This document shows positions 25,601 to 37,201 of a stretch of 64,000 nt of DNA, piece by piece. The notes under the pieces are model-generated. The model was not told the DNA's origin, did not search any database, and worked only from the letters and a program-made list of their open reading frames with translations. The DNA comes from Lingula anatina. Taxonomy: Eukaryota > Animalia > Brachiopoda. Position numbers and translations under genes: made by a program. The stretch lies in contig CM120640.1 of NCBI GenBank assembly GCA_051362555.1, forward strand, positions 70,472,788 to 70,536,787, written 5' to 3'. How positions within the stretch are numbered: the first letter of the stretch is position 1; each line of letters starts with the position of its first letter.

Positions 25601-26439
25601 TCATCGCAACTCTGAAATAGAATTTCGCAAATAGATTTAATGATAATGTTCTCATACGCGCCGCGAATATTGACAAAAATACTTGTAATTTTTTTTCAAG
25701 AAAACCTGTGTGTGCTCAGTGTCTAAAGCCGGGGAAGTGATCGTCACTCTGCCCTGCTCCATCACAAGTCATTGTCGCACTAATCAACAAACAAATTATA
25801 AACATTATGGCTATCTCCATTTATTGTATTCATAATATTTTGATCTGAAACTCTGGCAATGGCAAACCTAGGCCTACAATTACACTCTGTTTGAACCTAT
25901 TCAAGATTCATATTTTTTGGCCGGGATCTCAAAAAAGTATTGTTATTAAGTCTTAAGAAGGAATGGACTTCTTATACTATCTTTGATACGCTCTCTTCAG
26001 TAACATATTGCTGTAGTGACGAATGCATTAGCTGAGAAAATCCCAGTGAACGAGCGAGCAGACGATGACAAAAGGTAACTTTTACCACAAGCTTGGGTCG
26101 CCTTGAAGATGCTATGTATAACGTATTGTTATTGACCAACTTCATATACATTACACGTTCTATTTATTCCACTTGGTATTTTTTATATTTACCTATTTAA
26201 AAAGAAAAACAAATTAATTGAAATTAATTTACCTTTAGTCTACCTTAAAAAATACGTGATCAACATTTTGCAAATTTAGATTTTCAGGACCACAACTTCT
26301 TTCAACCATTACACACATACTGCACAGGCGTCTCTTTATATTCTAAAAACCTGTTATTTTTCCAACACGCAATATGTAAGATCGTCAGGTGCTTTAAGCT
26401 TGGCAAGAAACCACATTGCTCACAGCTGACAGGTAACAA

Positions 26440-26570
26440 CAAATGCACGTGACACTCTGTGCGTGTATTATAGCTCGTCCAATCAGAAGAAAGCTGCTTA
26501 GAAATTTGACCAATCAGATTATAGCATCTTAGTATAGTCCGTGACTGCTTCCGTTGTAAATAAAAACACG
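26440..26570 (+). promoter_or_regulatory. Putative proximal promoter of the F-box gene
   Basis: E-box CACGTGAC at 26446, two CCAATCAG boxes at 26479 and 26510, and forkhead-like GTAAATAA at 26556, all within about 200 bp of the ATG at 26647. Confidence 0.55.
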
Positions 26571-26646
26571 CATAGCCACGCACATACGCAATTTTTCTGT
26601 CAGGACGAATTGAGACCATCAAGTTTTATCCACTGAAAGCGTTAAA

Positions 26647-29600
26647 ATGCCGTTTTTAGGAAAAGACTGGAGATCTCCAGGAGAACAGTGGGTACGAACA
26701 GACAAAGGATGGGAAAGAATGAGAATGTGGAGGCTGAAATTGCTTGAAAATCTAAACGAAAATGTCGTTGCGAGGTAGGGGCCCTTTGTTTTTCAGTACA
26801 CACATCTTTTTCTCTTGTAACAGAGTTTGGTCATATGATTTGCTGCTTCGTATTTTTCTTAAAATCCTGTAACATATGGCAGGAGCAGTGGCGCCTAACT
26901 TTTAATTGGAGGGAGAGCCTGGAAACGGGAACTGAAAGTCGATTTTTTCACAAGGTAAATCTCTGATTGTGAACCTGTGGTAGGTTTATTTCTTGTATCT
27001 CTGTGACTGTGACAGTGTTGAAGCTAATTCACCAGTACTGCACCGGGCACTCCTGCCAACGTGTTTTTACGTTATTTGAAGAAAGATCTAAAAACTATGG
27101 GATTACTTTTACTGTTGGTATCTCAGTGTATTTTGGTACAGAGAAAATGGAATGTTGCCATTTAGATAGATAAATAAATAAATTAAACATATTGTATTGA
27201 TTGGTTGGGGTAGACCTAGGTGCGATAGCTTAGTGACAGAGCACTCACATGGTAAGTAAGCCAGTGCTCAGGTACAAACCCGGTCGAGTTAGGTGTTTTC
27301 CCCAAAAAGATTTCAATATAACATGATATTTTGTATCTCTGTACATTTAGACATGACACTAAATTCAGCAACATCTAGCATCTCACATGACTTATTTTCT
27401 GAGCACGTGTTAAGTGTAAAAGTGTTGATATATGCAACTTGTATTTAAACTGATGTCAGGAACACAAGTTTTTCAGTGAATGTGTGGATACGGTTTTGTG
27501 ATGTGAGATCAATAATGTCTCATGTGGTCTAGATTTAGAAAAGTGACATTTCACAAGTCTGCATTGTACAAACATGGTAAAGGCCAAGTTTTGCTCTTGC
27601 AGGCTTGCTGTCTTGCAATGTCAGCATTGTTGCAAAAGGGGAAACCACAGGAAGATAAAAAAAAATATTGTATTATCTAAATATGTCAAATGTTATGGAT
27701 AACAGTCAAAATGCCAGGACACCTGCAGCTAAAATCTTACTTATATTTTTGCTGATTCTTACATTATTTGTAGAAAAGTGGATGAATGGTATATGATATA
27801 TGTTTTTCATGTACTGAGTTATCAGATAGATCTCCACACTAGAAGGTTCCAAACTGGGTCAGTCCACAAAAAAGTGAAGTAACATTAACATGTAAATCAC
27901 ATAAAAATAACTCCATGTGTCTTATTTCTATTAATGACTCAAATGCACTTGAGTGAAACAGTAACACATGGAATTGCAACTTCTGTTTTCAAGTCCCTGA
28001 ATTCTGTTTTCAGAATCATCAAGCTTGCATTGGAAGACATGGAATCCAGGCACAGTGCATTGGTGACACACAGTCAGCCCCACATTTATGTGGCTAAAAC
28101 TGTGTCCAGAGAGGTGAGTCTTAGGCTTGATGTGGCTAAAACTGTGTCCAGAGAGGTGAGTCTTAGACTTGATGTGGCTAAAACTGTGTCCAGAGAGGTG
28201 AGTCTTAGACTTGATGTGGCTAAAACTGTGTCCAGAGAGGTGAGTCTTAGGCTTGATGTGGCTAAAACTGTGTCCAGAGAGGTGAGTCTTAGGCTTGATG
28301 TGGCTAAAACTGTGTCCAGAGAGGTGAGTCTTAGGCTTGATGTGGCTAAAACTGTGTCCAGAGAGGTGAGTCTTAGGCTTGATGTGGCTAAAACTGTGTC
28401 CAGAGAGGTGAGTCTTAGACTTGATGTGGCTAGAAATGTAACAAAATTATGTGACACCTTTTGTCGGGAGTCGTGTATCTGACAGTTGGTACATGGATTG
28501 TTATTTTTAGAAGAAATTATGGTTTATTTGCTCATAAAATATGACTAGATGTCTGGATGGAGCTTTCTACTAATAAATTCAAGAGATTGACTAGATCCCC
28601 AATGTGTTTATAATGAAATTTAATTTAATTTATTTATTTTATTGTTCAAAATTAAGCTTATAGTGAGAAGAAAATATGATTTCCAAAGTAAGCAAAAACT
28701 GTGTCTTTGTTGGCATAAAACAACTTTACTCTTTTGAATCATCACATTTAAAGACAGTTCATGTCAGTTTTGTCTAGTTTTCACTTTGTCAGTGCCAGGT
28801 GCAGAAGCTATGAATCTTTTATTTTACTCATCTTAGGATGCATTCACACTAGTTTTAATTTTAAAAAATTGACTTACATTCAAGTATCAGATCCCCGCCC
28901 CACCCTGCTCTGTGACCTTGCTAACACCTGAGTGTGCTGATCAATGAACTCACGGATTGGGGGTGGTGGTGGTGGGGGGGGGGGGGGGGGGGAAGGTTAG
29001 GATCTCCCTGTAGAAATTAAGACTAAATCCCTGTTGGTTTAAAACCAGTCTCAACTAGGGTTTGCTGCACTGCAGTAACACAAAGGCACAGTGCCAATAA
29101 GTTAGGGAATATAAACCTTAGCAATTCATTACCTGGTACAAAGGAACTCGAGTATCAGGAGTTAAGTCAACTAAGTTATATTATAAACATGCCTCTCTAC
29201 CTGACTGTACTCAGTGTATGGGCCAGTTTCCAGGATAATTTAGACACAGGAATCAGGGATTGTGGTGGTTACTACTAATGTTACAAACAAGAAAAACATA
29301 ATATTAGTTAGAAAATACACAGTTTTTTTTATTTTAGTCAAGTCCTCATTAATTTAGTTTTCAGTGTTGTGTCCACATCTTATATGACATAATATGTCCC
29401 TGACTGCGGCACCTGTAGCCAGGGTATATAGATAACATATTGAATAACCAACCTGTCACTTCCTGGATGGCATTCTTAGAGAATAAACTAGTTCAGTACT
29501 TCCAAACTGCGTAGATGATTTGGCAGGACAAGAATGCCTTTGTCTTGTGTCTTGGCGTGTTGCCACATTCCCAGGTATACAGTTGTGATGTATCTAAATG

Positions 29601-31474
29601 AGCAGCAGTATCCTTAAAAACCAGCTGTTTCTTGTATCTTCTTTTCACTTTATTTTATTTAGTTTTTTGACACTTTATTTTTTCGATGTAATTTATTGAG
29701 GTAGATCTAGAGAGATCCTTCAGGCTGCTGAAGGATCAGACTTAATAGCAAATGATGCATTGGTTAAGTATACATGTACCTTTAAGTTGATAGCCACCTG
29801 AGAAGATTCTGCAGTCATCACTACAAATATTTCTTAGTGTTCATACAATTTGGATTTAGGATTTAGTAAGGCAATAAAAAAAGGGTAAACATCCCTCAGA
29901 ATCTTGGAAATGCTACTTGTCCAGTAATGGTCTTAATTGGCTGAAGTAACACTGTGTATTGGCCTAAATGTTTATTGTGAGGAGAAGTAGCAGGTTTTAG
30001 CTGACTCATTCCTGGTGAACAGGTATCCCTGTAGATCTCTACAGTAGTCTACAGGTGGAGGTAGTCTGGATTACCCTTTGCTTACTGACTAATTGAGCTG
30101 ACTTACATATCATTATAGATGACTTGAAATAAGGGACCAACAACAAATGCTGTCTAAATTATTATTATTTTTGTAATAATTATTTTTTATTCCTTTTTAG
30201 CATCAGATGCAGATTTCATTAGGTGATGTCCTGACCAAACTTGACTTTGCTGGTGCAGCCAAAAATATCCGTAGATTTAACTATGTTTGCAAGGTAAAAA
30301 GAATGCTACCTGTCTGTTATATATATATATATATATAATTTTATTATACATAAACTCAATAATTGGAATTCGTGGAAACAGAATAAAAAACTTATTTGTT
30401 ACAGTAACTTTAAAATACTTTCAAAAATGCAAAGCAGTGTGGGTAATAACTTTACATGAAGCTTATAAATATTTCAAATAAATTAGAATGTAACATACTT
30501 CCAGAAGTTGAAATATTTGAATGTTGTAACAATTTACTCACACAAGATGTCAACTATTTCTTCACAGCTCTTGGATGTTTTGATCAATGAAAAGTTGCAG
30601 TATCTTGGAGGACAAGCCCAGAAACAGGTCTTCAGCATTCTGGAAGCAGCAACAAACTATGGTCAGTTACATGTGCTTCTTTGATTTCTACTAACAGCCA
30701 GAAATTTTAATGGGGGGTACTTTTTCTGAAAGAACGGACCTTTTGTACCCTCTTAGTTGGCCCTACTTGCTTCAGAACAGAGCTTTCCTGGCCAAAAAGC
30801 AGATATTTTCTCAACATATTCCATGTGGGAGTTTAAATTTTTGACTTTTAGCGGATCATAAGTTTAAAATATATTTAAAGAGTGCATATAGATGACCTAA
30901 AGAAAAACATTATTGCCCCATTTTTGTTGTAGTGGTGACAGCAAAGACTAATACTCAGCTGCTTAAACAACTCCTGGTGAGCGCCCGCCAGGTTCTCATT
31001 GCCGAGGAAAGATACCACTTGGGAAGTCCAACTCTGTGGCAGAATCACATGGAGACAGTTAACAGGGCGAAGAGTCAACTGGCAACTGTGTTAGAACCTG
31101 TACATGTAAGGCAGTTGTACAGTTTTTATTGTTATAATATTAATGCTGAAATTTTACGAGACCAAATGTAAAGCTTTTTTTTTCTTGGAAATAAATATGA
31201 GAGTATGTTTGCTTCAACTCATTGAATATTTTTTTTTTAAAAAGAGAATTTTGTCTTTAGAAATGAATTCTTATTCTACTGAGAATAGGCAGCAGACATT
31301 TCATCATCATCATCATTTAGAGCCTATAGTGTTCCACTGTTGGACAAAGGCCTCAGCATGCTTTTTCCATTGTTTCCTATCCAGAGCTTCAGATTTCCAG
31401 TTTGGCCAAGGTTTCTTCTTCCAAGACTTCCAGTAGTCATCTAATTCATCCTTCCATCAGACATTTAGTGCAAG

Positions 31475-31512
<38 letters not shown>

Positions 31513-32828
31513 GGGGGGGGGCAGAGGGGTATAACAGTATATGTTGTCTTTAAGTTATTGAAATATTTTGTTTAAAAAATGACAATATTGTTTCCTATTC
31601 ACTTGAGAACAGACAGCGGATATTTTGTTTCAGGAGGCAGAAGAAGGCAGCAGAACCCTGGCAGATCTTCCCAATGAGTGTCTGTGGAAGATCCTGGGCA
31701 TGTTGTCAGATCACCTAGACATTGTTAGCACAGGACTGACCAAGAAGAGATTGTACGAGATATCTGCCGAGGAGCTGTTGTGGAGAGAGCTGTGTCTGTA
31801 CCACTTCACTTATGACCAGGTCAACAACCTGCTGGTCAGTGGCCAGAGGAGGAACAACCTGGACTGGAACTGGAAGAAACTGTACCTCAGGCTGGTCAAG
31901 TGAGATTGATACCTACATAGATATATTATTATTATATTATAATTACATTAATTATTCCAGAAATGTTATCATAGACTGCTGTGCATTTTACACATTGAGC
32001 ACAGCATTTTATGGCCATGATAATTTATTTTATGGTTTTGAACATTTTTGTGTTCAAGTTGAAGGATGCACCAACAAAAGGATTTTAAATGTTTTGGCCA
32101 TTGCCCAAAGGCAGTACAGGATAATTGACTTATGACCTTTTATCAAATAGGCTCTTCACTTTCACCTGTGTGTGTTTGAACTTGAAATATGAGGTGTTAT
32201 TGATGAGAACCAAACAGCTTTTTTACCACCTTTTCTACAGTATATTCTGACAGCACAGCAGGTTACAAACACTTAGAAATGAAGTTCCTGTCCAATTTTT
32301 CATCTTCACAATAATTTATCATCTGTAAAGCTGCTGTTATGGCTCTCAGCACTCAAGTCACAGCTGTTGAATGGACCACAGGCAACAGGTTCACGCATGT
32401 ATTTATCATTTCAGACGGCACGGCAAAAAGGAAGTTTATGCAGACATGTTACACCTGTGCGACAACTGCAACTGCGTTTTCTGGAAGGTAAGCAGTTAAA
32501 AAATTTCAAGGAAATGTATTTGTTTTGACCTTTGGAAAAAACTTTTAAAATCTTCCAATATACCTTGATATGTACCTTTTATGATATGACAACTCAGGTT
32601 GGTAATTTATTAAGATAATCTCAAGGATTCACTCTCTTCGCATATTTTCCTTCAAAATGTTTCACTAGTATGTAGTTGACACATTTCCCCTGATTTTACC
32701 CAATCAATTTTTGACAAAATACTGTCGTCTGCTTTCAGGGTCTTGGCCATCCATGTTTATCAAAAGATGGCTGCCACTCGTCTACTGAAGTCTCGCCACA
32801 TAAATTCCTGCAGATTTTTAACCCTTAG
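26647..32828 (+). CDS. FBXO32: F-box only protein 25/32 (atrogin-1/MAFbx family), 8 coding exons
   Basis: Exons 26647-26774 ([24 protein letters not shown]), 28014-28113, 30201-30293 ([18 protein letters not shown]), 30568-30661, 30933-31105, 31634-31899 (F-box [14 protein letters not shown]...[11 protein letters not shown]), 32415-32487 ([17 protein letters not shown]), 32739-32828 (GHPC...[10 protein letters not shown]). All phase-compatible. Probably co-orthologous to vertebrate FBXO25 and FBXO32. Confidence 0.95.
27221..27292 (+). mobile_element. Degenerate tRNA-derived SINE head
   Basis: A-box-like tagcttagtg and B-box-like ggtacaaaccc at tRNA-like spacing; no clean cloverleaf. Confidence 0.35.
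28088..28432 (+). repeat. 42-bp minisatellite x8 spanning the F-box exon 2 / intron 2 junction
   Basis: Unit atgtggctaaaactgtgtccagagag|gtgagtcttagRcttg. GT donors at 28114, 28156, 28198, 28240, 28282, 28324, 28366 and 28408. Confidence 0.97.
31302..31457 (-). mobile_element. 5'-truncated RTE-clade LINE fragment with TSD
   Basis: Minus strand reads [47 protein letters not shown] followed by a (TGA)n tail, the typical RTE ORF end. 9-bp TSD cagacattt at 31293-31301 and 31458-31466. Confidence 0.85.
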
Positions 32829-33700
32829 AAACTTGTTATATGTGAAGTTTTATAAGTTCACATGCAGTGTAAGCAAACCAGATGGGTAAAAAATAATCTT
32901 TGCAGTTTTATGAAGGATGTACAAATTTTCTCAGAAAAGAGAAAAGAAACTGCCGTGTGACAAGAGAAAACAACCTATTCTAGCTTCCAGATTCTTTGTT
33001 CAAAAATTGAAAGATTAGAACCACAAGATGACTGGCTTCCTCAACCTGTCTGTGGTTTATTTATAACTTGTTATAAATTCTCAAGGATGAAAAATCTCAT
33101 AATATTGCCAGATAAACCCTGAAGTTGTCAATGCTTTAAACGCAGCTCTGCAGGGGGCCCAGATTGATGGTTACATGACCACAGATGTTGGGATGTTGTC
33201 TGGTGTCAAGATGCAAGGAATGTACAGTGGATGTTGTGTACACAGTTTTGAAGACATTTGAACCTTGCAAACCACTTTTGAAATGCACATATTGTCATTT
33301 AAAAGAATACTTATTTCTTTCTGTAGTGCACTAGCTGCATTCCATTGGATACTCATATCACTCATAGCAAAATATTCAGTTCAGCAAGTTTGTTACCTTG
33401 ACAATGTATATTTTGACTGAAATCTTATTGATAGATGCCATTTTGTATTTAAAAGGTAAATGTGTGTTGTGATAAAGCTGTTTGGCAAAGGGTGTTGTGC
33501 TATTTGTTTGTACAGTGTAGTTATATCAAAGGATGTAAATCTCATTCAATACTTGGAAAAAGCTTTTGTGGTGCTAAAACATTATGTAAAAACTACTTTC
33601 TTGAATGTACTACATATTTAGTTATATCTCTCTCAACTTATTAAGATTTTGAATGAAGTGCTGTATAATCCAACCCACCAGAATGAGTTGTGCCAAAGTT

Positions 33701-33733
<33 letters not shown>

Positions 33734-35599
33734 TTTTTGTGATGTGTTGGAAATCTTGAAAGTTAATGTGAATTAGTTTTCACATGTTAGTCTAATAAGG
33801 ACAGATTGACAATTGAAGACTAACAACTTTTATATTCACTAGTTTATATTCAGAGGCCAGGGTTCTCCAGTAGATTGGTTTTGATTGCAGCCTGGACTTG
33901 ACTTAACCATATTTATTAATCACTGTCCAATTGTAGTCTTTGGTTCATTGTTTAAAACCATCTCTCACCTTAGTTTATGGGTTTCTCCCAAAGTTTTTCT
34001 AGTTTTTTCTAGTGGTCCCCAGTGGCAGTACTGTTTCAATACCAAAAAATCTGTATGTCAAGGATGTAATTTGGTGTTATGGTGGATAATGGAGTCGTTT
34101 CAGTTTCTGTATATAATATTGAATACAAACTTCGCTTTCTTTCAAGCAGATCACTGGATATTTATTTGTTGGATGCATCAGTATTATACACCATCTTGTT
34201 GCACAATTTCTTTTACTGCAAGTTTTATATTTATTTTACAAACAATTATATTGCTGTGGTGCTGTGTGGAGGTTAAGATTGAGATTGGTGTTGTGAAAAA
34301 TGATACAGTAGATTGTTTTATTATTTTTTCTATAAATTATATCATATCTTTATTATGTCACATGTAAAAAATATGTATAGCCATCAAAAATGCATGCTGA
34401 AATGCAAACCCTACATTGGTCAACATCATGGCCATTCAGAATAGATGATCTGAGTACTAACTGACCCCCGGGGAGACCATCATGGAATTACCAGCATTTG
34501 CTTTTGAAGTGGGGTCGGCCATATTCTGTCAGTGTATCAGTTAGTACTGGGATTATCTAGTCTGAATGGTCCCATTATTTGACTTTTATGCAGTTAATTA
34601 TAATAAAAAATATATACTACTTATGCAAAAGATAAAGAGCATCGGAAATCTTCCCAAAATATTTCTCAGTATATTCTATATTCTTGTATACATGTTTAAA
34701 ATAAATTGTATACACAATATGTATATTTACATATAAAATGGGTCCATGGTTTAAGATTGATTTTGTGATGTCCAGTTGACAATTTGATACGGGATGGTGA
34801 AAACCATGGACAATATTTATATATGCTGTTATAATTCCAGTTCAGAAAAATGAAGCCCATAATATGAAGCAGAATATATAGTTTCTTTATTAACACAAAG
34901 TGTGTCACAGCTCAAAGCGAAGTTTTTTTCTTCCATATTCAAATGTGTCAAGGCAACATCAATCATTGCTTCATAGGTTTACATCAGTTTTAAAAGGTCT
35001 AAGATTAGGTGGGCAAAATTGTTAATGATAAAATTCCAGACAGATGCAAAGAATTGAGTATATTACTTAGGTTTATTCCATTCACATATAAATATATAAA
35101 TATATAATAAGGTTCAATAAATAATAAAGATGTTCTAAACGCATTCAGTGTCATGTCATTTTTTTACCCACAAAAATGAGCACAACCCAATCGATTGAAA
35201 TTGTAAGTGATCAAAATGATCCGATTTTTTCTTCGAACTAAACTAATGAACTAGAGAAACATCTATTTTCTTACAACTGAACTATTGAAACATTACTGAG
35301 ACATCAATATTGGCACTTGTATCATTGTATTACCAGTTGCACAAAACTTAACTCATAAAATCAATTAGCGTCTCCTTAGTAATTTTTGACAAAACATCCC
35401 AGTAATGCACAAACATGCTGTGGTAGAATTCCTGGTTTTCAATACAATCACAAGCCAGGCTGTCTCAACTGGCACAATGAATACTACTTTAATACTTCCA
35501 GTGGTGACTGAGATAATTTCTACCCCCTCCTGCTACAGGTCTTCCCTTATAAATAAGTTGCCTCTAGCCTACATTCATTCCACCCACATGTCCCTATCA

Positions 35600-35788
35600 A
35601 CCCTGTGCCACACTGAGCTTACAACCACCCCCTGAGGTATCCTGAGTAACCTACCACACCCTGGGTATCCAAACCTTACCTCTGTGCCACAATGGGCTAA
35701 CAACCACCCCCCGAGGTATCCTGAGTAACCTACCACACCCTGGTAAAAAATCTTACCCCTGTGCCACACAGGGTTTGCAACCACACCA
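35600..35788. repeat. ~79-bp tandem repeat (about 2.4 copies) between the convergent 3' ends of the F-box gene and TRIT1
   Basis: ctgtgccaca at ~35603, ~35682 and ~35759; gaggtatcctgagtaacctaccacaccctgg occurs twice. Confidence 0.85.
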
Positions 35789-36733
35789 GTTCTTTTCTTA
35801 GACATTTTTCCTGTAAAGCACTGAAAAGAGGTGCTCATGCCATATTTTATAAATCTTACACAGTCATATTTTATTAATTAATGATCTTCTCTTTAAAGTG
35901 GGGTTATCCCTTTGACCAAAGTGTCACCAGAACAGCTGTGGACCATTCTGTCACCACTTTTCCTGACCCCAGTTTCTAACCCCACTCTCTGGGGTCTCCT
36001 GTTATTAGGATGGTTACAAGCTGTCATCTGCCCTCAGTGTGGCCATGGAAACTTTTCCCTGTCAGCAGAGGTCACCAGCGCTGAGATAAGGCTCCAGAGA
36101 CTGCCATGTGGCTGAAAGCTCCTTTCTCCTGGGTCTAGTGTCAGATCTAAAATGTTATAAACAAATTTGTGACCTGCATGTAGCAATAATAGCATTTTGC
36201 AACACATATGAAATGATGTTATATAAAGCAAAACTTTTTAAAAAATTTTATCAACATAATAAAGAGACACAAAATCCAATTTCAGCTATAGAAAATAATT
36301 ACGATTAATTTTGAATTCTGTCCTCAAATTACCGTCCCTCAGCATTCATAAATATTTGAGATGAGCAGCTGCAATGTTCATAAACATATAAGCTATTTAT
36401 GGCAATCAAGATTCTTAAAGTAGATTTCTGGAGACAAGCATGTACTTTGATGTGAATCATAAAACCCATATCCAGTTTTAGAAAACTGTTAACATCTTTC
36501 AATATCATATCACATTTTCGGTCAACTTCTGCCTGATAAATGTGCTCTAATATTCAAATGTACTAAAACATGCAGGGCTGGTCATGCCTAAGTCAACTTA
36601 TACTAAACATAATCATAGTTTATGTTACACAATAAAATCTTACCTAACAAAGATGTTCTGCTCCAGTTGGTCTCTCTGACATGACGCATTCCAAATCGTC
36701 ATCAATATCTCCTTCCTCCAAACTGCCTCTATT

Positions 36734-37140
36734 TCAGGTACTGAAATTATCCAGAGTACACCAATCATGACAACTAATCGGCTACCAACCCAAAATTAAA
36801 CTGATTATGATCATAAATATGAAAGTTCTTACAAATTTTAAATGTACTCATTGTTTACATTCATTTTATTAACCCACCTAGCACTGTCGTCTGCCACTGC
36901 CCCAATAGGACCACCTGCTGCTTCTGTGTGCTTTTTCTTCTCATAGGACTGCATTAGCTGAAGGAGTTCCCTTTGTCGTTTCCTCTTTTTGTATACTCTT
37001 TTTAGGTGCTTTCTGCTTTTAAGGTGACCTGAAGTAAATAATTTTAAACTTGATTATGATTTTTTTGTATAAATATATATATAGTTTTTTTTCCTATTCA
37101 TGACAAAGTAATCATTTTATTCATTTCAAAGTCAAAATTT

Positions 37141-37201
<61 letters not shown>

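Noticed and set aside
27221-27292. Functional tRNA gene
   Set aside because: The acceptor and T stems do not pair properly; treated as a SINE-like remnant.
28088-28432. CRISPR-like array
   Set aside because: Units are contiguous and near-identical with no unique spacers, there are no cas genes, and the context is eukaryotic. The same applies to 45115-45454.
27934-28482. 182-aa (+) and 123-aa (-) repeat-protein ORFs as stand-alone genes
   Set aside because: They arise from F-box exon 2 plus the stop-free minisatellite.
33885-34367. 160-aa hydrophobic ORF
   Set aside because: Non-ATG start in T-rich sequence within the presumed F-box 3' UTR; no domain features.
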